A stretch of 64,000 nucleotides of DNA from Desulfobulbaceae bacterium (GTDB lineage: Bacteria > Desulfobacterota > Desulfobulbia > Desulfobulbales > SURF-16). Shown here one piece after another: positions 9,379 through 19,813 of the stretch. Positions within the stretch are counted from its first letter, which is position 1; every line of letters begins with the position of its first letter. Location: contig JAQIBE010000263.1 in assembly GCA_027859235.1 (NCBI GenBank), forward strand, positions 3,568 through 67,567. Direction: 5' to 3'. The notes under the pieces were generated by a model. That model ran no database searches and was not told the origin of the DNA. It saw nothing but the letters and a program-made list of their open reading frames with translations. The position numbers and the translations under genes are program-made.

Positions 9379-10986
9379 TTACTCTCTGCACCACGCCTCC
9401 CTGTACAGCTTGATGTATTGATCTTTGACCTTGCTCCACGTATATTTTCTGGCGATGGTCTGCACACCCAGCTGCTGCATTTTGAGGAGGGTTTCCGGTT
9501 TTTTTCTGTACACGTCAAGTCCCTGTTTGATGGCCTGGACAAGGGCCTTGGCCGTATGTTCCTTATAGCCAAATCCTGTCTTGGCGTGCTGTACCTTTAC
9601 CAGACCTCCCACCTGGTGGACAATGGGCAGGTTGCCGTACAGCTGGGCCATGAAGTCCGTGAGGCCGCAGGGCTCAAATTGGGAGGGGATGATGAAGAAA
9701 TCGCCAGCGGCATAGATTTGACTGGCAAGGACAGGGTCATAGCCCTGGAGTATACATACCCGTCCTGCATATTTACTCTCCCTGGTGAGGCTGATGAGCC
9801 CCTGGGCAATTTGCGGATCGCCGGAGCCGAGGATGAGAACCTGCACCTCTTTGTCCACTGGCAGGAGCTGATGTAATGCCTGGGCCAGCTTGTCCATGCC
9901 TTTCTGGCTGCTGAAGCGGCCAATGGAGGTGAGCAGAGGGATGTCTTGTACCTGTTTGAGACTGCCGTGCTGGATAACGGTGGACAGGCTTTTTTTCTGT
10001 AATGTTTTAACCAGATCTTGCCTGCACAACTCTTTACCCTTTAATTCCCCCTTTTTGACGGAATAGGGAGCAGCAAGGTTCAGCTCTGCTGCTGATTCAG
10101 TATTAAAATCACCGGGGTTTATACCATTGGTGATCCCCTGGATTTTAATGTTGCGGCTCATGAGAAAATGGCCGAGCCAGCCCGTGAGTTCATCAGCATT
10201 TGTTTCCCGCAGTTCCCGGGCGTAGTTCTCGCTGACGGTATTGAGGATGGAATGGGCTGATGCGGCAATGAACGGGTCGAATTTGCCGTCCAGGAGATTT
10301 TTATTAACGAAACTGCGCGGCAGCCCTGTAATGGCGTGGGCAAAGGGCAGATCCGCAATTTCCTGATGGTAGCCGATTCCGGCATTGTGAATGGTGGTGA
10401 GGAAGCCGGTGCGTTTGAAGAAATGGCGGAAGCCGTCAATCTCACGGGCCATGGCCGGAACGAGTGCTGTATGCCCATCATGGCAGTGGATAATGTCGGG
10501 TCGGTCGTTACGGTAAATAAGGGCGCAGAGTCCCCCCTTCTGCAAGAGGACATTCATGGCAAAATAGTCATAATGCCCCTGGCCTGCCCTGTTGAACGGG
10601 TTGATCTTTTCCTCATCCCTGGTGTAGGTATACACGCCCATTTTTTCTTTGAAGCGTGGGGAGTCCAGCAGGAAAATCGTTACAGGACCACGATCTTTCG
10701 CCTGGGTTGTTTTGCCCCAAAGCGTAATGGCTTCAGTGCGCTCGCTGTCGGTGTAATTCATGGCCACGGGGAAAGAACCGCGGTTGCTGAAGCCGAGGGT
10801 TTTCGGGTCAATGAACCCGTAGCACGGCATGATCACTGAAACCTTCATGGCTGTGGCTGTTTTCTGTGGGACATTACCCAGGGCTTCAGCCAGTTGCCGA
10901 CAGACATCCTTGACGCCCCCGGCACCGGCGAGACCATCATACTCCCGGGTGATAAAACAGACGTTTTTTAACTGTTTCTTTGCCAT
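9379..10986 (-). CDS. glgA: glycogen/starch synthase (GT5)
   Basis: 535-aa ORF. The N-terminal FITREYDGLAGAGGVKDV is the GlgA KxGGL-type motif region, followed by a C-terminal GT-B fold (IIPSQFEPCGLTDFMAQLYGNLPIV). Confidence 0.9.
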   Translation of the reverse strand: MAKKQLKNVCFITREYDGLAGAGGVKDVCRQLAEALGNVPQKTATAMKVSVIMPCYGFIDPKTLGFSNRGSFPVAMNYTDSERTEAITLWGKTTQAKDRGPVTIFLLDSPRFKEKMGVYTYTRDEEKINPFNRAGQGHYDYFAMNVLLQKGGLCALIYRNDRPDIIHCHDGHTALVPAMAREIDGFRHFFKRTGFLTTIHNAGIGYHQEIADLPFAHAITGLPRSFVNKNLLDGKFDPFIAASAHSILNTVSENYARELRETNADELTGWLGHFLMSRNIKIQGITNGINPGDFNTESAAELNLAAPYSVKKGELKGKELCRQDLVKTLQKKSLSTVIQHGSLKQVQDIPLLTSIGRFSSQKGMDKLAQALHQLLPVDKEVQVLILGSGDPQIAQGLISLTRESKYAGRVCILQGYDPVLASQIYAAGDFFIIPSQFEPCGLTDFMAQLYGNLPIVHQVGGLVKVQHAKTGFGYKEHTAKALVQAIKQGLDVYRKKPETLLKMQQLGVQTIARKYTWSKVKDQYIKLYREAWCRE

Positions 10987-11020
10987 TTCCCTCTACCTCT
11001 GTTGTCTACGGATACTCTTC

Positions 11021-12100
11021 TCAGTCCTCAAATCCATCATCCTGAAACAGCTCTTCAGCCTGTTGACGCATGAGATGATCGGCCAGGGTTAGGCACACCA
11101 TGGCTTCACAGACAGGATTGATGCGTGGAATGGCAGCAATGTCATGGCGGCCGCCAATGCGGATTTCAGTGATTTCGTTATCCATATTCACGGTTTGCTG
11201 GGGCTTGTTGATCGACGGGATAGGTTTCACTGCAACCCGCGCAACAATGGGATCACCATTGGAGATCCCGGCCAGAATTCCCCCGGCATTATTGGATGCA
11301 AATCCATCAGGAGTCAGGGAGTCATTGTTTTCAGAACCCCGTGCTGTGGCAGCGGCAAAACCTGAGCCGATTTCCACACCCTTGACCGCGCCAATGGATA
11401 TGAGCGCCCCGGCCAGGTCCGCATCAAGCTTGTTGAATACAGGCTCGCCAAGGCCGGCAGGGCAGCCTGTGGCCATGATCTCAACGATACCGCCAAGGGT
11501 GTCGCCTTCTTTACGCACCTCTTTAATGAGTTTTTCCATCTTCTCAGCCGCCTTGTTGTCAGGACAGCATAACCGGTTTTCATCCAGGGCCTCCATGGAG
11601 AATTGCTCTGCCATGATATTGCCGAGGGCCAGGGTGTAGGCAAACACTTTGATGCCGGAGAATTGCAGGAATTTACGGGCAACAGCGCCAGCCGCAACCC
11701 GCGCCGCTGTCTCCCGCGCTGAGGCGCGGCCTCCTCCGCGATGGTCACGAATGCCATACTTGCAGAAATAGGAAAAATCACCGTGCCCAGGGCGAAAGAT
11801 ATTCTCCAGGTCGGTATAGGATTTTGAATGGGCGTCCTTATTATAGATCACCAGGGTAATGGGTGTGCCTGTAGTGAAATCATTGAAAATACCCGAAAGG
11901 ATCTCCACCTTGTCCGGCTCTTTGCGGGGGCTGGTTGCCCCGCCTTTACCAGGCCTCCTCCGGTCCAGGTCAACCTGAATATCCTCAGCTGTGATGGGAA
12001 TGCCTGCCGGACAACCATCAATGGTGGCACCAATAGCGGTTCCATGGGACTCACCCCACGTGGTTACTCTGAAAACTTGTCCGAATGTATTTCCTGCCAT
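11021..12100 (-). CDS. aroC: chorismate synthase
   Basis: 359-aa ORF with MAGNTFGQVFRVTTWGESHG and GGRHDIAAIPR motifs. Confidence 0.95.
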   Translation of the reverse strand: MAGNTFGQVFRVTTWGESHGTAIGATIDGCPAGIPITAEDIQVDLDRRRPGKGGATSPRKEPDKVEILSGIFNDFTTGTPITLVIYNKDAHSKSYTDLENIFRPGHGDFSYFCKYGIRDHRGGGRASARETAARVAAGAVARKFLQFSGIKVFAYTLALGNIMAEQFSMEALDENRLCCPDNKAAEKMEKLIKEVRKEGDTLGGIVEIMATGCPAGLGEPVFNKLDADLAGALISIGAVKGVEIGSGFAAATARGSENNDSLTPDGFASNNAGGILAGISNGDPIVARVAVKPIPSINKPQQTVNMDNEITEIRIGGRHDIAAIPRINPVCEAMVCLTLADHLMRQQAEELFQDDGFED

Positions 12101-12167
12101 GGTGTATTCCTTATAAATAGGGGCTGCTTGGGTTATGGGTGCTCAGATGCGCAATTATTCTCATGGT

Positions 12168-12695
12168 CTACGTCTTTAAATATTTCATCACCTGGGTGAT
12201 AATATCCTCCGCCGCGTCGGTGGCGTCAAGGGTCAGATGACTACTTGTCTCATAAAGCGGGGTGCGTTCCCTCAGGACCGGTGATACTTCCTGCTGGATG
12301 TCCTCTCCTGTAAGGGATGGCCGTTGGCTGTCTGAAACGGCATCATTGGCCAGCCGCCGGCAAATGGTCTGGATATCCGCCTTGAGCCAGATCACCAGGC
12401 CGCTTTGTTTTAGCGATGGCCAGATATCCTGGTGGAGGATGGCCCCTCCGCCCGTGGCAATGACATGATTTTTCTGGTCGGCCAGTTCAACAAGCATCTC
12501 TTTTTCCCGCTGTCTGAAATAATCCCAGCCATGCTGTTGTACCATGTCAGCAATGCATCGGCCTTCCTGCTGTTCAATGGCCTGGTCGACATCAACGAAA
12601 GAAAACCCCAAGCGGTCAGCAAGGAGGCGGCCGACAGTGGTCTTGCCTGTGGCACGGTAGCCGATAAGGATAATATTGACAGGGTTTGTTGCCAT
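12168..12695 (-). CDS. aroK: shikimate kinase
   Basis: 175-aa ORF. Walker A is LIGYRATGKTTVGRLLADRLGFSFVDVD. It lies adjacent to aroC. Confidence 0.9.
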   Translation of the reverse strand: MATNPVNIILIGYRATGKTTVGRLLADRLGFSFVDVDQAIEQQEGRCIADMVQQHGWDYFRQREKEMLVELADQKNHVIATGGGAILHQDIWPSLKQSGLVIWLKADIQTICRRLANDAVSDSQRPSLTGEDIQQEVSPVLRERTPLYETSSHLTLDATDAAEDIITQVMKYLKT

Positions 12696-12955
12696 GGTCT
12701 TAGTTCGCGGGGTAAAGGTTTCTCAAATGTTTCTATCATAAAAACAGGTTGGCTCAAAGAAAGGAATTGTTTTCACACGGATTCCCGGAGATCTCATTGT
12801 TTTTGGTGTGAAAAAAAGGTGATGCGTTTGCTGCTGCGATTAATATGATCCATATTTGATATGTACACGATCTGATCGTTTGGTGTATGGTTAATCGTGC
12901 TGTTTATGTGGTTAGGCTGTCCTGTTTTAGAATACCTTGTGTTTTTATTCAATAA

Positions 12956-14782
12956 GTGAGTTTCATGATGCAAAATACCGCGGGTTTCCGCCAGGCAATA
13001 TCCTTTGACGATCTCTTAAAAGACAATGAGCATATCGTTATTGTTGATGATGATAATATGATTCGGGAACCGTTGGCCGAGTATTTGGAGGAGAGTGGTT
13101 TTCCTGTGCTCGAGGCAAGAAATGCGCATGAATTACGTCAGGTTATGGTGCGGGAAAGTGTTGGCCTGATTCTCCTGGACATTGGTCTTCCCGATGAGGA
13201 TGGCGCCTCGCTTATCCCTGAACTTCTCGTGGGCCATCCTGGTACGGCTATAATTATGTTGTCCGGGGTGGCAGATCTCCATGTTGCCATTGATTGTATT
13301 CGTAGCGGGGCAGACGATTATCTCGCGAAGCCTGTTAAGTTCAATGAAATTCTGATTATTGTCAAAAAGGTTCTTGAGAAACGCCGCCTTGTCTTTGATA
13401 ACCAAAAATATCAGGCGGATTTGGAACAGGCTAATTTCCGTTTTGAATTACTCCATCAACTTTCCTTAAAGATTAACTCGGTACATCTGACGACCTCAGA
13501 GCTGGATAAGGTTCTGTATGCTATTTTAGTGGGGATAACCGCCAATGAGGGGTTGCGCTTTAACCGCGCCTTTTTAGCGCTTTTTGACGGGAATAATGTC
13601 TTGACCGGGCGTTTGGCTATTGGTCCATCCTGTCGGGAAGAAGCCGCGGATATCTGGGCGGAATTACAAGGAACCGAGTTGAATTTCCTGGATATGGTTG
13701 ACTCCATGCATGGCTGTATGGACCGGGATACAACGGTGCGGTCCATTGTTGAGCAATTATCTATCCCCGCAGAGGATACGGGTCATGTTTTGGTGCGGTC
13801 GGCGCTGGAGCATAAGAGTTATCTTGTTCAGGACGGGCAGTGTGAGGTGGATGTCCCCCCAGAGTTGGTGACGCTCCTGGGTGAGAGAGACTTTGTTATT
13901 GTGCCGTTATTCTCAGCCAAGCGACCTCTCGGGGTTATTATTGCGGATAATTATGTCATGCATAATCCGATTTCAGCCGCTGATGTTCTCATGCTGGAGC
14001 TTTTCGGTAGTCAGGTGAGTCTGGCTCTTGAGCATAGCCAGTTGCATCATGATATGCAGTCCAAGATTTCTGAGTTACAAGAGGTCACCCATGAGTTGGA
14101 GCACAATAAAGATCTCCTTGTTGAGGCTGAGCGTTATTCCGCCTTGGGCCAGATGGCAGCGCAGATGGTGCATGTCCTGCGTAACCCTATCACCTCCATC
14201 GGCGGCGTGTGCCGGATTCTGGCGAAGAAGATTAATGGCGAAAATTGGGGACGTTATCTCGATGTCATGATCAAAGAAACAGCGCGACTTGAGGGAACAC
14301 TGAGTGATCTGGTCGATTTTGTCAGCCAGGTTGAGCCTGAAAAGACAGTGGCTCCCCTCTACCCTGTTTTGCAGAAGACATTAATGTTGGTGCAGCCCAC
14401 CATGCTGAAACAGGATGTGAAATGGGAGATTGACCTGGACGGGGATGATCCCGAGGTGGATATGGATGTCCGCCAGGTGCGCCAGATGTTTTTACATATT
14501 GTTCGTAATGGCTTGGAGGCCATGGAGGAACATGGCGGTGTTCTCAGAGTGGTTGGGCGAGTTCAAGGTGACAAGGTGGTTGTCGCCATTAAAGATACCG
14601 GGATTGGCATGGCTGAAGTCAATATTGCCAGGGCCAAAGATGCTTTTTTCACCACTAAAACCTATGGCAGCGGTATGGGGCTTGCCATGGTGGAACGCAT
14701 TGTTGAGAGTCATGGCGGTGAATTTAACTTGAAGCGTCATGATCAGGGTATGGAGGCGGTGGTGACGTTGCCTATTGCCTAA
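12956..14782 (+). CDS. hybrid sensor: receiver domain - GAF - HisKA/HATPase histidine kinase
   Basis: 608-aa ORF. The receiver is IVIVDDD...LILLDIGLPDEDG...AKP. The central part is GAF-like. The ATPase boxes are VRNGLEAM...IKDTGIGM...GSGMGLAMV. It starts at GTG 12956 or ATG 12965. Confidence 0.85.
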   Translation: MSFMMQNTAGFRQAISFDDLLKDNEHIVIVDDDNMIREPLAEYLEESGFPVLEARNAHELRQVMVRESVGLILLDIGLPDEDGASLIPELLVGHPGTAIIMLSGVADLHVAIDCIRSGADDYLAKPVKFNEILIIVKKVLEKRRLVFDNQKYQADLEQANFRFELLHQLSLKINSVHLTTSELDKVLYAILVGITANEGLRFNRAFLALFDGNNVLTGRLAIGPSCREEAADIWAELQGTELNFLDMVDSMHGCMDRDTTVRSIVEQLSIPAEDTGHVLVRSALEHKSYLVQDGQCEVDVPPELVTLLGERDFVIVPLFSAKRPLGVIIADNYVMHNPISAADVLMLELFGSQVSLALEHSQLHHDMQSKISELQEVTHELEHNKDLLVEAERYSALGQMAAQMVHVLRNPITSIGGVCRILAKKINGENWGRYLDVMIKETARLEGTLSDLVDFVSQVEPEKTVAPLYPVLQKTLMLVQPTMLKQDVKWEIDLDGDDPEVDMDVRQVRQMFLHIVRNGLEAMEEHGGVLRVVGRVQGDKVVVAIKDTGIGMAEVNIARAKDAFFTTKTYGSGMGLAMVERIVESHGGEFNLKRHDQGMEAVVTLPIA

Positions 14783-14901
14783 CTCTGAGTTGTAAATGGT
14801 GACCAGTTTTCAGCACAGCTCTTTACGCATTCTCTGTTGTTTGTCCGCATACCCGTATTCCTCTGTTCCTCCCTCCCCCGGGGCTATGCATATTGATTTG
14901 C

Positions 14902-16353
14902 TCACCGCTTCTCAGACCCCGTAAATGCTGAGAGAATAACAGCGGCAGCGCCAATTCCCAGAAAGCAGTAATACGAAAACCGCAGGCTCATTATGAAGGC
15001 GCCGGCCTGCTGATCGGTGTAGTGCTTCATGTCCAGTCCTCCGCTGAAATGCGAGAAAAACAGTGAAAAGGCGAAGCTTGCAAGGGAAATTCCGGCAAGC
15101 ATGCCAAGGGTACGCCCGGTGGACAGAATGGCTGAGACCGTACCTGTGTGTCTGCTTGCAGTTTGCCGCAGAACCATAGTGGAGTTTGGCGAGATAAACA
15201 GGGCCAACCCAACGCCGAAAAATGTTAGACGCAGGGCAACCATAATGGGGGGTGTGTCCACGGATAAGGTGGTGAAGGAAAATAGTCCTGCGGCACAAAG
15301 GCTAAGGCCGCAGGTTGCCACAAGCCTGGCGTCTGTTTTATCGGCAAGCCATCCGGCAATTGGTGCCGTGATGAGGGCTGTGATGGGGATGGCCAGCATC
15401 ACCATGCCGATCTTTGAACTTGAGATATGCAGTACCATGCTCAGATAAAACGGGGTGAGGATGAGGACTGAAAAGAGGCAGAGAAAGGCCATGGCCAAAG
15501 TGATTGAGCCAATGAGGAGGGATCTCTGCTGAAAGAGTTTTGTTGGGATGAGCGGCAATGTGGAGGTGGAATTGCCATTGAAGGACAGGCTGGACTCGCG
15601 GCGGATAAAGAGAATCAGCGCCACGCAGCTCAGCAGGGTTCCGAGAACTAAAAGTTTTGGTTGTATGTCTTGGTGGGTTGCATGGCTCAGGGTATAGGTT
15701 GATGAGGTGAGCAGTATGGTCCACCATACCCCCCCCAGCCAGTCAAAAGGCTGGCTGGGGGGGGGCGGGGCAGAACGGGTGAGTGTCTTCAGGGAAATTA
15801 AAGCCGCCACGGTGCAGATCGGTACCGGCAGTAGAAACAACGTCTGCCATGAGTGATACTCAATGATGAAACCGCCCACTGCTGGCCCAACCATGAGGCC
15901 TAGTGCTGTGGCAATGCCCATTAATCCAAGGGATCGGCCAAGTTCTGCCGATCCAAAGGCCGATTTGATCATGGCTGGGCCGTTGGCCATGAGCATGGCG
16001 GCGCCTAAACCCTGAAAGAATCGACAACCCACCAGAAAGTCAAGGCTGGTTGCTCTGGAGCAGAAAAATGAGCCGGTTCCAAAGATGAAGAGCCCTGCCG
16101 TATAGAGGTTCTCCCGGCCAAAGCGCTGGGCCAGGTGTCCCCAGAAGAGCATGGTCACCGAGGTGGTGAGGAGGTACATCAGCACCACCCAGCCTGTTTG
16201 TCCCAGGCTGGAATTGAAATCATCCATGATATAGGGCAGACTGATATTTACCATGGAGCTGTCCATGGTGGAAAAAAAGACACCTGCCGAAACAAGGAAG
16301 AAAACCAGCCACTTGTTCGGTTGGTGTATGACTTTTCCTGTTTCTTGACCCAT
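14902..16353 (-). CDS. MFS transporter (DHA2/EmrB-like, ~14 TMS)
   Basis: 483-aa highly hydrophobic ORF with MDSSMVNISLPYI and GHLAQRFGREN motifs typical of drug:H+ antiporters. Confidence 0.85.
   Translation of the reverse strand: MGQETGKVIHQPNKWLVFFLVSAGVFFSTMDSSMVNISLPYIMDDFNSSLGQTGWVVLMYLLTTSVTMLFWGHLAQRFGRENLYTAGLFIFGTGSFFCSRATSLDFLVGCRFFQGLGAAMLMANGPAMIKSAFGSAELGRSLGLMGIATALGLMVGPAVGGFIIEYHSWQTLFLLPVPICTVAALISLKTLTRSAPPPPSQPFDWLGGVWWTILLTSSTYTLSHATHQDIQPKLLVLGTLLSCVALILFIRRESSLSFNGNSTSTLPLIPTKLFQQRSLLIGSITLAMAFLCLFSVLILTPFYLSMVLHISSSKIGMVMLAIPITALITAPIAGWLADKTDARLVATCGLSLCAAGLFSFTTLSVDTPPIMVALRLTFFGVGLALFISPNSTMVLRQTASRHTGTVSAILSTGRTLGMLAGISLASFAFSLFFSHFSGGLDMKHYTDQQAGAFIMSLRFSYYCFLGIGAAAVILSAFTGSEKR
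15729..15765. repeat. intragenic perfect palindrome C8-AGCCAG ... CTGGCT-G9
   Basis: ccccccccagccag (15729-15742) pairs with ctggctgggggggg (15751-15764) across the loop tcaaaagg. It encodes PPPPSQPFDWLGG in the central loop of the MFS protein. Confidence 0.8.
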
Positions 16354-16554
16354 GATTTTTTTTATTCGTCTTTTCTTTGTGGAATTTATTCAGTAAAGAT
16401 ACATCTATACATGCATACGGTAACGATTCCGCACGAGCCGCCGTGTTCCCGGCGCTTTACTCTGTCTGGGATATATTAGACGCCAGTACGAATTTGCATA
16501 TTACATAACTACATAAGATACTTTTTAAATTTTTAACATACATAGGTAAAAACA

Positions 16555-17055
16555 ATGAGAAAAAAATTACCCGTTACACTCGTCAGCATATTGGTTGTGG
16601 TTTGTTATTTATTGATAGGGGGGCAATCCCTCTATGCTGCAACGCCTATGCCCCATTTCAGCCTGTCTGATGCTGAAAGCGGAAAACCGGTGGATTCAGA
16701 CTCTTTTTCTGGGAAGGCTAAGCTGGTTGTCTTTTTTGCGACATGGTGCCCGCCCTGTATGGAGGAGGTGCCCATCTTAAAGCAACTTCAGAAGGAGTAT
16801 GGGCAGGATGACTTTACGGTTGTTGGTTTGTCGGTGGACCAGCAAGTGGGAGATGTGCAGCGGTTTATTAAGCGAATCGAGGTGAATTACCCGGTGCTGA
16901 TGGCCGACCGGCAAGTCATAAAAGGTTTTGGCGGGATTCCTGGTGTACCGGTGACCTTTTTGGTGAGCAAAGAGGGCAATGTATTACGGACCTATCCCGG
17001 TCTGGTTCCTCACAAGCTTCTGGAACGGGAAGTGAAGAAAATGCTCGAGAAATAA
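16555..17055 (+). CDS. TlpA/ResA-family thiol-disulfide oxidoreductase (exported)
   Basis: 166-aa ORF with a signal/anchor segment, then FFATWCPPCMEEVP (a WCxxC thioredoxin motif). Confidence 0.85.
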   Translation: MRKKLPVTLVSILVVVCYLLIGGQSLYAATPMPHFSLSDAESGKPVDSDSFSGKAKLVVFFATWCPPCMEEVPILKQLQKEYGQDDFTVVGLSVDQQVGDVQRFIKRIEVNYPVLMADRQVIKGFGGIPGVPVTFLVSKEGNVLRTYPGLVPHKLLEREVKKMLEK

Positions 17056-17214
17056 GGGCGATAGGCGTTCACACTTAGGTGTGAATGGTCATTCATTTTC
17101 TGATTGACAACCGTTTTTTGATCAGGTAGTGATTGTTCTATTCAATATTAATGCATTGTTTTTGGCCTTGAATAAGTCAGGGCAAAAGAAAATCTGAGAG
17201 AAAGGAGATTTAGA

Positions 17215-17421
17215 ATGAAAAAAGTATTAGCTGTAGCAATGGCAATGGCCCTCACCGCATCTGTAGCTTCTGTAAGCATGGCTTCTCGTTATGTAAAGTG
17301 TACCGTTACATCGGTAGAGGACAGCATTGTAACTATGGATTGTAAAAAAGCGGATAAGCTTTCTGCTGGTCAAGATGTAAAAGTTAAAGCTGCGAAGAGA
17401 AGAGCTATCGAAGGTTGCTAA
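17215..17421 (+). CDS. small exported Cys-containing protein ending ...AIEGC
   Basis: 68-aa ORF. It has a strong RBS (aaaggag), a signal peptide (MKKVLAVAMAMALTASVASVSMA), and a downstream hairpin with a T-run. Confidence 0.55.
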   Translation: MKKVLAVAMAMALTASVASVSMASRYVKCTVTSVEDSIVTMDCKKADKLSAGQDVKVKAAKRRAIEGC

Positions 17422-17456
17422 GCTTTTTTTTCGGAAGGCTCGTTTAGCTTTTTAAA

Positions 17457-17490
17457 GTCATCTGTCCTGATTGGGCAGGTGACTTTTTTT
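17457..17490 (+). terminator. rho-independent terminator
   Basis: gtcatctgtcc-tgattg-ggcaggtgac followed by T7. Confidence 0.6.
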
Positions 17491-17824
17491 GTTTAGGGCC
17501 GGTTCTTTTTTTAGAGAAAGGCAGCGCACAGGGACTTCGCTTAAAGATTCATGCTGGAGATCACCAACGCTTTCGGTCTGAGCTATGCTGTTCAGCTCTG
17601 GTGCCCATGAGCTCCAGTCTTGTAAATTGTCCCCTCCAGGTAAAAAAAACGTGCATGGGCTGACGGATTGAGCGTCGGGAAAAGAGGTGGGACCGGCACC
17701 GGAACACAGCTCAAGGTCCCCCTGTTGCGGTGAAGTTGACAATAGATACGATGTCTACTACAAACAATAACTTAGGAATAGACAACCTGGCAGGACATGA
17801 GGCCAATGACGTGGAGAGTGATGA

Positions 17825-19117
17825 GTGAAGCATAAACCCTCAGCGATAAATATAATCTGGTTGGGAATGGTTTTGATAGCCACGGTTGTGGCGTCCTATA
17901 CCGGCACCATGGATGCGGTGACCAAGGCGTCGTTTGATTCAGCCAAGGCGGGTGTCGTCCTGGCCATCGGCCTCATCGGTCCCATGGCCCTTTGGCTCGG
18001 CGTGATGAAGGTGGCGGAGGCGGGAGGGATGATGCGTATTGTGGCCCGGGGCGTTCGCCCGGTGATGGTCCGCCTATTTCCTGAAATACCTCCTGAACAC
18101 CCGGCCATGTCAGCCATTGTGATGAATATGGCGGCGAATGCCCTCGGCCTTGGCAATGCGGCGACGCCAATGGGGATCAAGGCCATGCAGGAGTTGGAAA
18201 AGCTTGCGCCTAAAAAGGGTACCGCGACGAATTCCATGTGTTTGTTCCTGGCGATCAATACCTCCTCGGTGACCATCCTGCCGTTGGGGGTGATTACGGT
18301 AAGGGCCGCGGCCGGGGCGACGTCGCCAGCCGCGATTCTGATTCCGGCCTTCGCGGCCACCTGTTGTTCCACTGTTGTGGCCATTACCATGTCAAAAATA
18401 TTATCACGCCGCAACGAACAACTCTCGGTCGGTCAGCTCGACCAAACTGCAGAGGTTGCGGCCCCGACGGAACCGGTCGAGCTCTGTCCGCCCGGAATCT
18501 GGGGCAGGGGGTTTGTCTGGCTCTGTGTGCTGGCCTTTGTCGGGGGGATCGGTTTCCAGGTAAGTCAGCAGAGTCCCGCTTCTCTTTTTGTGCCGGCTAA
18601 CCTGAATATTATTTCCAATTGGTTGGTGCCGGTTTTACTCTCCTTTCTCCTTATCTTTGGCTATCTCCGCGGGGTTAAGGTGTATGAAACGCTGACGGAA
18701 GGCGCCAAAGAAGGTTTTGCCACGGCCATCCGTATTATCCCCTTCATGGTGGCTATATTTGTGGCCATTGGCATGTTCAGGGCCAGTGGCGCCATGGACC
18801 TCCTCATCCATGTCTTCTCACCCCTGACCAGTCTCATCCATATGCCGGCTGAGGCTTTATCCATGGCCTTTATGCGGCCATTATCCGGGAGCGGTGCCTT
18901 CGGGGTCATGAGTGAGATTGTCAGCCAGGACCCGGACTCCTTTCTCTCGTTTCTCGTGTCCACCATGCAGGGGTCAACTGAAACAACATTTTATGTCCTC
19001 GCCGTCTATTTCGGCAGTGTCGGGATTAGGCGAACCCGTCATGCCCTGCCGGCCGCCCTCTGTGCCGATGCAACCGGGATTCTGGCTGCGGTTTTGATTT
19101 GCAACCTCTGGTGGTAG
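17825..19117 (+). CDS. nucleoside-recognition (Gate) domain membrane protein, SpmA/SpmB-like fusion
   Basis: 430-aa polytopic ORF. The N-terminal INIIWLGMVLIATVVA resembles SpmA. GTG start with GGAGAG about 8 nt upstream. Confidence 0.7.
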   Translation: MKHKPSAINIIWLGMVLIATVVASYTGTMDAVTKASFDSAKAGVVLAIGLIGPMALWLGVMKVAEAGGMMRIVARGVRPVMVRLFPEIPPEHPAMSAIVMNMAANALGLGNAATPMGIKAMQELEKLAPKKGTATNSMCLFLAINTSSVTILPLGVITVRAAAGATSPAAILIPAFAATCCSTVVAITMSKILSRRNEQLSVGQLDQTAEVAAPTEPVELCPPGIWGRGFVWLCVLAFVGGIGFQVSQQSPASLFVPANLNIISNWLVPVLLSFLLIFGYLRGVKVYETLTEGAKEGFATAIRIIPFMVAIFVAIGMFRASGAMDLLIHVFSPLTSLIHMPAEALSMAFMRPLSGSGAFGVMSEIVSQDPDSFLSFLVSTMQGSTETTFYVLAVYFGSVGIRRTRHALPAALCADATGILAAVLICNLWW

Positions 19118-19132
19118 CGAGGTGTTTGGTGT

Positions 19133-19666
19133 TTAGCGGGATGACGGTGTTGAGCCCTTTTTTTTGGCAACTCTCCGTTTCCTCTCCAGCCAACGCCGGA
19201 TGATATGCAACCGCCAGAGAATCCGTGTGGCAATAATGCAACCGATTCCCCCGCATAACCCGATGATGAAGCAGCCGAGGAAGAGGGCTGGGTAATGATT
19301 CATAAACCATTCGACATTGAGTCTGGCTGGCGGAATATTTTGTTGTCCCAGGATGAATGCCCCCAGCTTATAGGCAGGGTAATAGAGGGCGACCCAGGTT
19401 AAGGGATTTGAAATCCAGACGATCATGATGGCGGCCGGCAGGTTAAAGCGAAAGCAGATGGCCAGTATGGCGGCAACCGCCATCTGCATGGGGATGGGCA
19501 GATAGCCGATGAAAAAACCGCAGCCGAGGCCGATGGAAATGGTGTTTTTGTTGAGGTACCAGATATGCGGGTCAAAGAGGCGACTACCAAATAGTTTACG
19601 TAAAAAAAGGTTTTCCCTGAGGACTGTTCTTTGGGGTAGAAGTTTTTTGAGTCTTTTTTTAGGCAT
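19133..19666 (-). CDS. DUF2062-family membrane protein
   Basis: 177-aa ORF. LFDPHIWYLNKNTISIGLGCGFFIGYLPIPMQ is typical of DUF2062. Confidence 0.75.
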   Translation of the reverse strand: MPKKRLKKLLPQRTVLRENLFLRKLFGSRLFDPHIWYLNKNTISIGLGCGFFIGYLPIPMQMAVAAILAICFRFNLPAAIMIVWISNPLTWVALYYPAYKLGAFILGQQNIPPARLNVEWFMNHYPALFLGCFIIGLCGGIGCIIATRILWRLHIIRRWLERKRRVAKKKGSTPSSR

Positions 19667-19813
19667 GGATGAAATAGGTGTCGGCAGAAGTTTGTTAAGA
19701 TAAAAAACTATAGCACACCTGGCCTAGTTACTCTGTATAATCTATTGAGATAGAATATCGATCAGGATAGTCTGTCATTTTCCCCGGTTCCATCTTGCTG
19801 TTACTCGCCTGAA

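Noticed and set aside
17458-17742. 94-aa minus-strand ORF between the small exported protein gene and the SpmA/B-like gene
   Set aside because: The composition is unusual, there is no RBS, and it overlaps a terminator hairpin. No riboswitch motif was recognised in this 400-nt gap either.
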